NCBI GenBank assembly: GCA_934613415.1
Contig: CAKTSY010000001.1
Location: 150,001 to 182,000 of the forward strand
Length of the DNA stretch: 32,000 bases
Direction: 5' to 3'
From: an uncultured Opitutales bacterium
Lineage (GTDB): Bacteria > Verrucomicrobiota > Verrucomicrobiia > Opitutales > Intestinicryptomonadaceae
The position numbers were made by a program, and so were the translations under genes. Positions 1 through 8,742 of this stretch are shown here, in pieces (the stretch's first letter is position 1; each line of letters opens with the position of its first letter). Below the pieces are notes generated by a model, which was given only the letters and a program-made list of their open reading frames with translations, had not been told where the DNA came from and made no database searches.

Positions 1-1
1 C

Positions 2-1234
2 TACCAAGTTTTAACTTCGCCCGAAAACGCGTATTTAATTGTGGTAAACACCTGCGCGCTTACGTCGTTGGCAAGGGCAAAAACGCGCAACAATGTGCGG
101 CATTTTTTGTCGAAAAGCCCCAATGCAAACGTTGCCCTAACGGGCTGCTACGCCCAAACCGACGCCAACGCCCTATGCGGAATAGAAAACGTAAAATGGG
201 TTGTAGGCAACGACTATAAATTTGACCTGCCCAACATAATAGCCAACAACCCTCCCGAAAATACGGCAAAGATATTTATGTCGCCTTTTCCCGTGCCACA
301 GGCAAATGTAGAAACCGAAAATTCGGCTACAACCCCCCTAAGCGACCGGAGCAACATAAAAATCCAAGACGGCTGCAACAATGCATGTTCGTACTGCATA
401 ATTCCCCGAGCCCGAGGCAGAGCGCGCAGCCGTCCGCTAAAAGATATTAAAGCCGAAGCCCTTTCGCTTGCAAAGCGCGGCGTGCGCGAGCTTATAATTA
501 CGGGCATAAACATTTCGCAGTATAAAGACGCAAACAACACATTGCTAGACGTTGTAGACAGCCTTTGCAATATAGACGAAATTTTGCGCGTAAGAATAGG
601 CTCTATAGAGCCGCCGGAATTTCCTCTTGAAGAACTTTTGCAAAGAATGAATTTGCCGAATGCAAAACTTGCGCGGCATTTACATATTGTTGCCCAAAAT
701 TTGTGCGAAAAAACGCTGGTTAAAATGCGCCGCAAACACACGGTTGCAGATTTTTTAAATATGGTAAAAACGGCGCAAGCCCAGTGCCCCGACATTGCAA
801 TAGGCACCGACCTTATTTGCGGACACCCCGACGAAAGCGAAAGCGACTTTTTAGAGTGTATGGACATTCTACAAAAGTCTAAACTGGCATACGCGCACGT
901 TTTCACGTTTTCGGCGGCCGACAAAACATTGGCAAAGACAATGCCAAACCAAATTCCCTATTGCGAAAAAAAACGCCGTTCAGACCTTATGCGCAAAGTC
1001 GCCAAACAGCTGCACTATAATTTTGCAAAGGCCCAGCTTGGCAAAACCGGCAAAATTTTGCTAGAAAACAGGCTAGATAACGGAAACTATTTGGGCTATA
1101 CCGACAATTACATTCAGTGCGAGGTTGCAAATTTAAACAAAAACGGCCTAAAAAACACACTTGTAGAGGCAAATTTGGCAAAAATTACACCGCAAGGTAA
1201 AATCGAGGCTGTTTTCGATAAAATAATAGTCTAA
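2..1234 (+). CDS. mtaB: MiaB/MtaB-family radical-SAM methylthiotransferase (MtaB-like), 5' end truncated by window edge
   Basis: The frame is open from nt 2 (YQVLTSPENAYLIVVNTCALT...), so the listed GTG at 41 is internal. It has UPF0004-type motifs VNTCA and GCYAQ, a radical-SAM CNNACSYC (CxxxCxxC) and a C-terminal TRAM-like tail. The subfamily call (MtaB rather than MiaB/RimO) is a judgement from remembered motifs. Confidence 0.85.
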   Translation, partial: YQVLTSPENAYLIVVNTCALTSLARAKTRNNVRHFLSKSPNANVALTGCYAQTDANALCGIENVKWVVGNDYKFDLPNIIANNPPENTAKIFMSPFPVPQANVETENSATTPLSDRSNIKIQDGCNNACSYCIIPRARGRARSRPLKDIKAEALSLAKRGVRELIITGINISQYKDANNTLLDVVDSLCNIDEILRVRIGSIEPPEFPLEELLQRMNLPNAKLARHLHIVAQNLCEKTLVKMRRKHTVADFLNMVKTAQAQCPDIAIGTDLICGHPDESESDFLECMDILQKSKLAYAHVFTFSAADKTLAKTMPNQIPYCEKKRRSDLMRKVAKQLHYNFAKAQLGKTGKILLENRLDNGNYLGYTDNYIQCEVANLNKNGLKNTLVEANLAKITPQGKIEAVFDKIIV

Positions 1235-1240
1235 TAAAAC

Positions 1241-1269
1241 TTGACCCGAACACTGGCTTGCTCCATGAT
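1241..1269 (+). promoter_or_regulatory. Candidate sigma70-type promoter for tig (TTGACC-17 nt-CATGAT)
   Basis: TTGACC at 1241-1246, a 17-nt spacer, then CATGAT at 1264-1269, about 45 nt upstream of the tig ATG. This is a motif match only, and the promoter consensus of this lineage is unknown. Confidence 0.25.
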
Positions 1270-1316
1270 TTAAGACTTTATTTAACACATTTATAGACAA
1301 TTTTACAATATAACAG

Positions 1317-2627
1317 ATGAACACTAAAATAGAAAATATAAACGACACCAGAAAGAAGGTTTTGGTTTCTTTCGACGGTGCCGAAACCGCAAAAGAAAAA
1401 CAGGCCGTTACAGCCGACTTTGTAAAAAACGCCACAATTCAAGGCTTTAGAAGAGGCAAAGCTCCCGCCGCTATGGTTGTTAAAAAGTTCGAAAAAGACA
1501 TTGCAGCCTCTACCGAAAGACAGCTTTTCCAAAAGGCCATACAAGCCCTTAACGACATTAAGGAATTCGACATTTTCTCGGTTGTAGACGCAAAGCCCCA
1601 GGTAAGCGAAAACGGTGCAGAAATTGAAATTACGGTAGACGTATACCCCGAAGTAAAAGTTCCCTCCGAACTTAAAACGTCGGTAGAGCTCGACAACACG
1701 AAAGCCACAAACGAAGAGGTAGACAAGGTTATGGAATACTACCAAAACCAGTATGCCAAATTTGAAAGCGTAGACCGCGAAGTTAAAAAAGGCGACTTTG
1801 TAAACGTTTCGTACGAAGGCAAAATAGACGGCAAATTGGTATCGGAAATAGTACCTAATGCCACAATGTACGGTACGCAAAAATCCACTTGGGAAGAAGC
1901 CGGCAACGAAAACGCCCCCGGCGTTAAGGCAGTTGTAAACGCCCTTGTTGGAATGAAAAAGGGCGACAAAAAACAGGCCGAAGAAACTTTTGCCGAAGAC
2001 TTTGCCATAAAGGAATTGGCGGGTAAAAAAGCCGTTTACGATGTTGAAGTTTTAGACGTAAAAGAAAAGGTATTACCCAAGTTCGACGAAGAATTTTGCA
2101 AGACTTTGAAGGTTGAATCCGAACAGGCTTTGCGCGAAAAGGTTGCAGCCGACATCGAAAAGGAAAAGACCCAGTATAACGAAATCTTAAAGCGCGAAAA
2201 GGCTGTAAACCAGCTTATGGAAAAGGTTGAATTTGCCCTTCCCGAAAGCGCAATAGCCGAAGAAAGAGACGCAATCTTGTCGGAAACAATGATGCGCTAT
2301 ATGCAACAGGGCGTAACAAAGGACGTTCTCGAAAAGAACAAAGACTCTTTAATTGAAGGCGCAACAAAAGACGCCGAATTAAGGGCAAAAATGAGAATTT
2401 TCCTTTCGCGCGTTGCAAAGGCCAACAAGATTGAAGTAAACAACGAAGACATAAGCCGCGTTGTTTGGCAGGAAGCAGTTCGCGCAGGTATGAAACCCGA
2501 CGAATTTGTGAAGAAACTAAGAGGCAACCAAGCCCTAATCAACAGAATTAGAGGCGATGCCCTTATGCAAAAAACTATTAACTTTATAGCCGAAAAGGCC
2601 GAAGTTAAAATCAAAGAAGCTAAGTAA
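1317..2627 (+). CDS. tig: Trigger factor (ribosome-associated chaperone / PPIase)
   Basis: 436-aa ORF with the N-terminal ribosome-binding signature GFRRGKAP, a central FKBP-like segment (KKGDFVNVSYEGKIDGK) and a K/E-rich C-terminal arm. It shows the classic tig-clpP-clpX synteny. Confidence 0.95.
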   Translation: MNTKIENINDTRKKVLVSFDGAETAKEKQAVTADFVKNATIQGFRRGKAPAAMVVKKFEKDIAASTERQLFQKAIQALNDIKEFDIFSVVDAKPQVSENGAEIEITVDVYPEVKVPSELKTSVELDNTKATNEEVDKVMEYYQNQYAKFESVDREVKKGDFVNVSYEGKIDGKLVSEIVPNATMYGTQKSTWEEAGNENAPGVKAVVNALVGMKKGDKKQAEETFAEDFAIKELAGKKAVYDVEVLDVKEKVLPKFDEEFCKTLKVESEQALREKVAADIEKEKTQYNEILKREKAVNQLMEKVEFALPESAIAEERDAILSETMMRYMQQGVTKDVLEKNKDSLIEGATKDAELRAKMRIFLSRVAKANKIEVNNEDISRVVWQEAVRAGMKPDEFVKKLRGNQALINRIRGDALMQKTINFIAEKAEVKIKEAK

Positions 2628-2635
2628 TTTAAAAC

Positions 2636-2670
2636 GCCTCCCGAAAATTAAAAATCGGGAGGCAATTTTA
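2636..2670 (+). terminator. Rho-independent terminator after tig
   Basis: GCCTCCCGA (2636-2644) pairs with TCGGGAGGC (2655-2663), followed by AATTTTA. The T-tail is imperfect. Confidence 0.6.
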
Positions 2671-2695
2671 ACCCTTTTATAAACATATATTCAAT

Positions 2696-3289
2696 ATGAG
2701 TTATTATCCGATACCGTACGTCTACGAAAGAGACGGCAGAAGCGAAAAAACTTGGGACATATATTCGCGTCTTTTAAAAGACAGAATTATTTTTATAGGC
2801 ACGCCCATAGACGACTATGTGGCAAACGCCGTTGTTGCCCAGTTGCTTTTCCTTCAGATGGAAGACCCAAAAAAAGACGTTAATTTATATATAAATTGCC
2901 CCGGGGGTTCCATAACGGCAGGTATGGCCATATTGGACACAATGAATTTCCTTAAGTGCGACGTTGTTACCTACTGCGTAGGGTTGGCGGCAAGTATGGG
3001 AACGGTTCTCCTTTCGGCGGGCACAAAGGGCAAGCGTTTTGCATTGCCCCACTCTACTGTTATGATTCACCAGCCTTCTGGCGGTGCGGGCGGCCAGGCA
3101 TCGGACATAACCATTATGGCAAACGAAATTTTGCGTTGGAGAAAAACCATTAACGAAATCTTGGCCGAAAATACCGGCAAATCGGTTGCCCAACTTGAAA
3201 AAGACTCGGATAGAGACTTTTTTATGAGCGCCGACGACGCCTGCAAATACGGCATAATCGACAAGGTTATTCAGCCAAACAAACGCTAA
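2696..3289 (+). CDS. clpP: ATP-dependent Clp protease proteolytic subunit
   Basis: 197 aa with [15 protein letters not shown] (active-site Ser context), MIHQPSGG (His) and an RDFFMSA region. Confidence 0.97.
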   Translation: MSYYPIPYVYERDGRSEKTWDIYSRLLKDRIIFIGTPIDDYVANAVVAQLLFLQMEDPKKDVNLYINCPGGSITAGMAILDTMNFLKCDVVTYCVGLAASMGTVLLSAGTKGKRFALPHSTVMIHQPSGGAGGQASDITIMANEILRWRKTINEILAENTGKSVAQLEKDSDRDFFMSADDACKYGIIDKVIQPNKR

Positions 3290-4525
3290 ATGGACAAAAA
3301 AAGTCCCGACATAAAAGACATTAGGTGCAGCTTTTGCGGCAGACCCGCCGACCAGGTAAAAAATATGGTGCGCGGGGCTAACAAGGCTTTTATATGCTCC
3401 GACTGCGTTGCGGCTTTAAGCGATATGTTTAAGCTTAAAGACAACCCTGCGCTAAACCAGGCTCCTTCGCCTTTAGACGACAAGAACTTTAAGCTGCCCA
3501 CGCCTTCGCAAATGAAGGCAAAGTTAGACGAATACGTTGTTGGCCAAGACGACGCAAAGCGCGTGCTTAGCGTTGCCGTATACAACCACTACAAGCGCAT
3601 TAGAAACGCCGATTCCGACAGCAGGCTTTTAAAAGATTTAAAAGACGTTGAAGTTGAAAAAAGCAACATTTTGCTTGTAGGCCCCACAGGCTCGGGCAAA
3701 ACGTATTTGGCAAGAACTTTGGCAAAGATGCTAAATGTGCCCTTTGCCATTGCCGATGCTACAAACGTTACAGAGGCAGGCTATGTTGGCGAAGACGTAG
3801 AAAATATTGTGCTAAACCTTTTGAGGGCTGCAAATTTCGACATAGAAAAAGCCCAGCGCGGCATAATTTATGTAGACGAAATCGACAAAATTGCCCGCAA
3901 GATGGAAAATGTTTCGATTACGCGCGACGTTGGCGGCGAAGGCGTGCAACAGGCACTGCTTAAGATTTTGGAAGGCTCGGTTTGCAACATTCCGCCAAAA
4001 GGCGGCCGCAAACACCCCGACCAAGAGTATATCAGGGTAGACACCCGCAACATTCTATTCATATGCGGTGGCGCGTTTGTTGGGCTTAAAGACATTGTAG
4101 ACAGACGCACAAAAAATTCGTCGATGGGCTTTTCGCAGGAAAGCGAAAGCGATAGCTTAGGCGGCGAATTGTCGTCGTCGCAAATACAGCCCGAAGACCT
4201 TGTAAAATTCGGTTTTATACCCGAATTTATAGGCAGGCTTCCCGTTGTGTGCGCGTTAAACGAGCTTAAAAAGGCCGATTTGGTAAACATTTTAACGTCT
4301 ACAAAAAATTCGCTTATTAAGCAGTATAAAAAGCTGTTTGCCTACGACGGCATTAAGCTTGAGTTTACCGACAAGGCCATAAACGATATAGCCGAAAAGG
4401 CTATAGAACTTAAAACGGGGGCTCGCGGCCTGCGCTCTATAATGGAGTCGGCAATGCTAAAATACGCCTACGAAATTCCCGATATGAAGAAAAAGCCCGA
4501 AACAATTACAATAGACAATCTTTAA
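3290..4525 (+). CDS. clpX: ATP-dependent Clp protease ATP-binding subunit ClpX
   Basis: The ATG directly follows the clpP stop. It has an N-terminal C4 zinc ribbon (CSFCGR...CSDC), Walker A GPTGSGKT, Walker [10 protein letters not shown], a GGRKHP pore-2-like loop and an MGF (IGF-type) ClpP-docking loop. Confidence 0.97.
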   Translation: MDKKSPDIKDIRCSFCGRPADQVKNMVRGANKAFICSDCVAALSDMFKLKDNPALNQAPSPLDDKNFKLPTPSQMKAKLDEYVVGQDDAKRVLSVAVYNHYKRIRNADSDSRLLKDLKDVEVEKSNILLVGPTGSGKTYLARTLAKMLNVPFAIADATNVTEAGYVGEDVENIVLNLLRAANFDIEKAQRGIIYVDEIDKIARKMENVSITRDVGGEGVQQALLKILEGSVCNIPPKGGRKHPDQEYIRVDTRNILFICGGAFVGLKDIVDRRTKNSSMGFSQESESDSLGGELSSSQIQPEDLVKFGFIPEFIGRLPVVCALNELKKADLVNILTSTKNSLIKQYKKLFAYDGIKLEFTDKAINDIAEKAIELKTGARGLRSIMESAMLKYAYEIPDMKKKPETITIDNL

Positions 4526-4530
4526 ACCGC

Positions 4531-4567
4531 AAAAAACTCCGAAGAAAAACGCTTCGGAGTTTTTTTA
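4531..4567. terminator. Bidirectional Rho-independent terminator between convergent clpX and the GYF-membrane gene
   Basis: CTCCGAAG (4537-4544) pairs with CTTCGGAG (4552-4559). The hairpin is flanked by an A6 run upstream and a T7 run downstream, so it is usable on both strands. Confidence 0.8.
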
Positions 4568-4592
4568 TAATAGTTTTATGGGTAGAATGCCT

Positions 4593-5435
4593 CTATCGAC
4601 TTCGGTCGACAGAAACAATATATAATCTGTTTATAAGCAGCGAAACCGCATACGACAATATCGCCGCAACAACGCCCGCCGCAGACGCCAAACAATCCAA
4701 ATAAAGCATACACATCGACAAATTATACGAAGTTGTCTTTGGAAACAAAAACATTAAATACGCGCCTATAGAAAGCGAAAACAGAACAAAAAACCACCAT
4801 AGCAAAATCAAAATAAGCATTTCGGCGGAGAACTGCCTGCGCCTGCGCTCGCAGCCAATTTTTATGCAGTATACAACGCTATAGCACGGCAACAATATAT
4901 TGAAAAACGGAATAAAAAAGCTATAGCCTAAAAATGCGGCACTAAACTGCGTTGTAAGCAGCGTTCGTTTTGTTTTTGCAACTTTTGCAACAGTTGCCAA
5001 ATAGCGCGAAAACGTAAAAGCCGCCGAAATCGTAAAAAAGAAAATCGCATAGCCTATATATTTTTTCATTTTGGTTGCGCACTGAAAATCTATAAAAATA
5101 TCGTCTACCTTCAGGTTCTTTGCAATGTTTAGGCCTTCAACGTAATCCGCAATTTTTAAAGTGTAGAACACAAAAGCGGCAATAAGGCATAGCAGCACAT
5201 ACACCAACGCCCTAAACGATGTAGAATATTTTTCTATTAAAAGTTCGCGCCTTGATTTTTCGCTGAAATTTAGAATGCGCAAATCCCTGCATTCCGAAAT
5301 CGAAAGCGGCCTTGCCATTCCATTTTTCCACACTTTTGTTTGGCCGCCTAAAGTGCCGTGTTTAAACAGCAAAACAAGGCCGTCTGTTGTAAGCGGGCCT
5401 TTTTTATTACCGTTTTCGTCTATGTAAAACCACAT
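4593..5435 (-). CDS. GYF_2 (DUF4339)-domain polytopic membrane protein, function unknown
   Basis: The N-terminus WFYIDENGNKKGPLTTDGLVLLFKHGTLGGQTKVWKNGMARPLSI matches the bacterial GYF_2 pattern (WYY..G...GP.....L..L...G.I...T.VW..GM..W). It is followed by about 5 hydrophobic helices. It lies 21 nt downstream of mnmE. Confidence 0.8.
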   Translation of the reverse strand: MWFYIDENGNKKGPLTTDGLVLLFKHGTLGGQTKVWKNGMARPLSISECRDLRILNFSEKSRRELLIEKYSTSFRALVYVLLCLIAAFVFYTLKIADYVEGLNIAKNLKVDDIFIDFQCATKMKKYIGYAIFFFTISAAFTFSRYLATVAKVAKTKRTLLTTQFSAAFLGYSFFIPFFNILLPCYSVVYCIKIGCERRRRQFSAEMLILILLWWFFVLFSLSIGAYLMFLFPKTTSYNLSMCMLYLDCLASAAGVVAAILSYAVSLLINRLYIVSVDRSR

Positions 5436-5456
5436 GTTTTTAAAATCCTAAAAATG

Positions 5457-6809
5457 CTATTTGCCTATGCAAAACTTCGAAAATATCTTGTCTAAAATTT
5501 CTTCGCAGTCAACCTTGCCTACAATTTCGCCCAAGTTTTCAAGCGCGTTTCTTATTTCGCTGGCAGCAAGCTCGGCGGGCATATCGTCTAAAATAAGCTT
5601 TTTTGCCGATTCTAGCGAATTTATTGCAAATTCCATATTTTGCGCGTTCTTTGCGCTTACAAGAATGTCGTCGTTTTGAGGAACTATGTATTTTTCGGCA
5701 ACGAAAGCCAAAATTGCATCTCTTAGCGTTTGCGCCGAGTGCAAGGCGTCTTTGCACGAAATTTCAACGCGTTTTACGCCGTCTAAAAGTTGCATTGCCT
5801 CGTCGTTTTGGGGCAAGTCTCTTTTGTTTAAAACAAGCAATGTGCTGTTTTGCCCAACAAGGTCTTTATACTCGCAAATGTCGGGCTTTTGCGAAGAGTC
5901 TACAACCAACAATATCATATCGGCGGCTTTTGCGGCTTCTTTTGCGCGCTCCACGCCAATTTTCTCGATTTTATCTGTAGAATTTCTAAGGCCTGCAGTG
6001 TCGGTTATGTTAAAAAGATAATCGCCAATATTAAGCTTTTCGCTTATAAAGTCGCGCGTAGTTCCCGCAATATCGCTTACAATTGCCCTTTCAGACCCAA
6101 GCAGCAAATTAAGCAGCGAAGATTTGCCAGCATTAGGTTCGCCTATAATCGCCAAATTTATGCCGTTGTGCACCGCCTTTGTATATTTCGAATTTGCCAC
6201 CATATTGGATAATTTTAGGCAAATGTCGTCTATAAGGGCAACTATTCTGTTTTTGTCCTCTTCGGGAAGGTTGTCTTCGGGGAAATCTATGTAGGCTTCT
6301 ACCAAAGCGCACACGTTTATCAGCGAATCGGTATAGTCGTTTATGCGCTTGCCAAGTTCGCCTGCAAGCTGCTTTTGCGATGCCGTTAAAGCCGCCTGGC
6401 TTCTTGCCGAAATCGAAAGCGAAACCGCTTGCGCCTGCGACAAATCAAGCTTTTTGTTTAGAAACGCCCTGCGGGTAAATTCGCCGTGGTCTGCCATACG
6501 GCAACCTTTTTTTACAAGGTCGTCGAGCAGCTTTTGAACTATAAATGGGTTGCCGTGCGAAAAAATTTCCAAGCAGTCTTCGCCCGTATACGAGGCGGGG
6601 GCTTTAAAATATACATACAAAACGCTGTCTACCGTTTTTTGCGAAATGTCCTTATAGTTGCCCAGACACGCAATTCTTGGCTGCGCGCTTTTGCCGAAAG
6701 ATTTTTCGACAATCTCTTTGCACAATGGCCCCGAAAGCCTTATGCCCGCTATTGCGCTTTCGCCCGTGGGTGTAGACGGTGCGCAAATTGTATCGTTAAA
6801 ACCGCTCAT
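5457..6809 (-). CDS. mnmE: tRNA uridine-5-carboxymethylaminomethyl(34) synthesis GTPase MnmE
   Basis: 450 aa with G1 GEPNAGKSSLLN, G3 DTAG, G4 NKRD and the diagnostic C-terminal CIGK. Confidence 0.96.
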   Translation of the reverse strand: MSGFNDTICAPSTPTGESAIAGIRLSGPLCKEIVEKSFGKSAQPRIACLGNYKDISQKTVDSVLYVYFKAPASYTGEDCLEIFSHGNPFIVQKLLDDLVKKGCRMADHGEFTRRAFLNKKLDLSQAQAVSLSISARSQAALTASQKQLAGELGKRINDYTDSLINVCALVEAYIDFPEDNLPEEDKNRIVALIDDICLKLSNMVANSKYTKAVHNGINLAIIGEPNAGKSSLLNLLLGSERAIVSDIAGTTRDFISEKLNIGDYLFNITDTAGLRNSTDKIEKIGVERAKEAAKAADMILLVVDSSQKPDICEYKDLVGQNSTLLVLNKRDLPQNDEAMQLLDGVKRVEISCKDALHSAQTLRDAILAFVAEKYIVPQNDDILVSAKNAQNMEFAINSLESAKKLILDDMPAELAASEIRNALENLGEIVGKVDCEEILDKIFSKFCIGK

Positions 6810-7060
6810 TTTTCTTTTTTAGAATACTTTATGTATAATAAACCGAGCAAAGTCGAAACAATAAAAACAATGCCCGCCGCCGTAAGCGAATTTATATATA
6901 CGCTAAGTTTTGTTGCCCCCGTTTGCGCGGCAAAGTCTATATTTTGCGATTTTTGCCAATCGTTAAGGCGGCCGTAAAAATGCGTGAAAGCAAAAAGCCA
7001 GCCAATAGACGCCAAAAAAAGCCCGGTAATAAGCACCGTTAGTTTTTGCATTTTCGACAT
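6806..7060 (-). CDS. Small two-TM membrane protein, unknown function
   Basis: 84 aa with two hydrophobic helices (LTVLITGLFLASIGWLFAF and AAGIVFIVSTLLGLLYI). Its stop overlaps the mnmE start by 4 nt (ATGA). Its start lies 1 nt after the DUF192 stop. Coding status is inferred from this operon packing. Confidence 0.65.
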   Translation of the reverse strand: MSKMQKLTVLITGLFLASIGWLFAFTHFYGRLNDWQKSQNIDFAAQTGATKLSVYINSLTAAGIVFIVSTLLGLLYIKYSKKEK

Positions 7061-7061
7061 A

Positions 7062-7535
7062 TCAATAGCCCCTCTTTTTTATCGCGTTTTTTAAAAGACC
7101 CAAATCCAGAACGTCGCCGCTTTTTATGCCGTGCTTGGCAAAAAACCCCGAGTTTGCCTCTATGCAATACATCACATTGTCTGACGCCGACTGCACCGAA
7201 TCTAAATTGTGCGGGTACAAGGGTTTTACCTCAAGCAAAACGCCGTTTGCGTCGAAAAACGCCAAGTCTAGCGGTATGCTTGTGTTTTTCATCCAAAAAG
7301 ACATTTTTTGCGGCGCAAAATATACAAACACCATTGCCCGATTTTCGCCCAGAGATTGCCTATACATAAGCCCCCTAGCCTTTTCGGCTTCGCTTACTGC
7401 AATTTGCGCTGTAAAGGCAGTATCGGCAATTTTCATATCAAAATAGTCGGCAAACGCAGCCGTTTTGTCTGCCGATTTTTCGGCGCAGGCGGCAAAAAGC
7501 AAAGCCGCAAATATTGTTGCAAAAAATTTATACAT
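7062..7535 (-). CDS. DUF192-family lipoprotein
   Basis: It has a lipobox signal peptide (MYKFFATIFAALLFAAC). The core GLMYRQSL...MVFVY....FWMKNTSIPLDLAFFDANG matches the DUF192 pattern (GLM.R..L....GMLF.F......FWMKNT..PLDI.F.D). Confidence 0.85.
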   Translation of the reverse strand: MYKFFATIFAALLFAACAEKSADKTAAFADYFDMKIADTAFTAQIAVSEAEKARGLMYRQSLGENRAMVFVYFAPQKMSFWMKNTSIPLDLAFFDANGVLLEVKPLYPHNLDSVQSASDNVMYCIEANSGFFAKHGIKSGDVLDLGLLKNAIKKRGY

Positions 7536-7588
7536 TTAGTGATTTATGTTGCCCGACAAAAAAAAGCGTGCAACACTTTTTTTACAAT

Positions 7589-8662
7589 ATGAAAAGAGAA
7601 ATTTTGTTGTATGCAAACAGCGATTCGAGTTCCGATATGCTGTATTTTGCACAAAGCTTTATACCCGACGACTTTTTTGCCTTCACCCAAAACGGCGAGC
7701 GTTGCGCAATATTAAGCCCGCTTGAGATTGGCAGAGCAAGGAAGGAATCGGCATTTTCGCGCATATACGAGTATGCCGACGAGCGCGAAATATTCAACGA
7801 GCTTGGGCTTAAAAAATTTTTGGTGCCGCGCAATTTCCCCGCCTTTATGTTGGAAAAACTGCGCAGGGCAAAGTTCGACATTGTTGTAGCCGACGGCGAA
7901 ATTTTCCCCGAAAGGGTTTTTAAAGACGAACGCCAAGCCGCCGAAATACGCAAGGCGAATATGGTTTCGGCAAAGTGCTACGCGCTTATAAGAAAAATTT
8001 TGGCAAATTCTTCGGTAGACAAAAAGGGAGCTTTAATTTGGAACGGACAACCCCTTACCAGCGAAATTCTGCGCCGCGAAACCGACTTGGAATGTATGAA
8101 AAACAACGCCTTGGCAAAGTCTACAATAATTGCGGCGGGCAATCAGGCTTGCGACCCCCACTGCATAGGCTACGGCAAGATATATGCAAACACGCCCATT
8201 GTTGCAGATATTTTCCCGCGGCTAAATTCTAGCGGCTATTTTGGCGATATGACGCGCACCTTTGTAAAAGGCAAGCCAACCGACGACCAAAAAAAGATTT
8301 ACCAAACCGTAAAAGACGCCCACGATGCCGTTTTAGACACATTGCACAATGGCGTTGCCGCAAACAAAGCGCACTTTAAGGTTGTAGAAATTTTCGAAAA
8401 AGCGGGCTTTAAAACCTACTGCAAAAACGGCAGTTGGTACGGGTTTTTCCACAGCACGGGGCACGGCGTTGGGCTAGACATTCACGAAGCCCCGCGTCTT
8501 TCGACTGGCGCAAACATTCTAAAAACGGCAATGGTTGTAACCGACGAACCGGGGCTATACTATAAAAATGTGGGAGCTTGCCGCATAGAAGACTGCGTAA
8601 GAATAACCGAAAACGGCTGCGAACTGCTGTCGAATTTCGACTATATACAACAAGTAGATTAG
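7589..8662 (+). CDS. M24-family Xaa-Pro aminopeptidase/dipeptidase
   Basis: Metal and catalytic motifs HSTGHGVGLDIHEAP, TDEPGLY and CRIEDCV, with an N-terminal creatinase-like domain. The listed start at 7514 is TTG and overlaps the divergent gene. The ATG at 7589 (MKREILLY...) is preferred. Confidence 0.9.
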   Translation: MKREILLYANSDSSSDMLYFAQSFIPDDFFAFTQNGERCAILSPLEIGRARKESAFSRIYEYADEREIFNELGLKKFLVPRNFPAFMLEKLRRAKFDIVVADGEIFPERVFKDERQAAEIRKANMVSAKCYALIRKILANSSVDKKGALIWNGQPLTSEILRRETDLECMKNNALAKSTIIAAGNQACDPHCIGYGKIYANTPIVADIFPRLNSSGYFGDMTRTFVKGKPTDDQKKIYQTVKDAHDAVLDTLHNGVAANKAHFKVVEIFEKAGFKTYCKNGSWYGFFHSTGHGVGLDIHEAPRLSTGANILKTAMVVTDEPGLYYKNVGACRIEDCVRITENGCELLSNFDYIQQVD

Positions 8663-8678
8663 TTTTCGGAAAAAAGAG

Positions 8679-8706
8679 TTGAAAATTCGCAAAAATTTTG
8701 CAGATT
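8679..8706 (+). promoter_or_regulatory. Candidate promoter for the sdh/frd CAB operon (TTGAAA-16 nt-CAGATT)
   Basis: TTGAAA at 8679-8684, a 16-nt spacer, then CAGATT at 8701-8706, about 37 nt upstream of the ATG at 8743. Motif match only. Confidence 0.25.
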
Positions 8707-8742
8707 TATCGTATTAGTATTTTCACATCAAAAACACAGATT

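Noticed and set aside
214-924. 236-aa ORF antisense to the methylthiotransferase gene. Similar long antisense ORFs occur at 1278-1880, 6486-6977, 9543-10232, 25283-25873 and 28889-29386.
   Set aside because: Each lies entirely opposite a gene with strong family motifs. Their translations are low-complexity (R/F/V/C-rich) with no recognisable domain, as expected for shadow ORFs.
4596-4609. TCGAC-TTCG-GTCGA hairpin (UUCG-type tetraloop) at the extreme 3' end of the GYF-membrane CDS.
   Set aside because: It is a short 5-bp stem inside coding sequence, next to the much stronger bidirectional terminator. There is no evidence of an independent role.
7514-7588. N-terminal extensions in the ORF track at 7514 (peptidase), 8698 (cytochrome b), 23000 (aspartokinase) and 26758 (GH42-like).
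   Set aside because: All four begin at TTG codons. Their extensions overlap divergent genes or add non-homologous residues ahead of canonical N-termini (MKREILLY, MSYLKTT, MALIVQKYGGTS, MKMKN signal peptide). Downstream ATGs are preferred.
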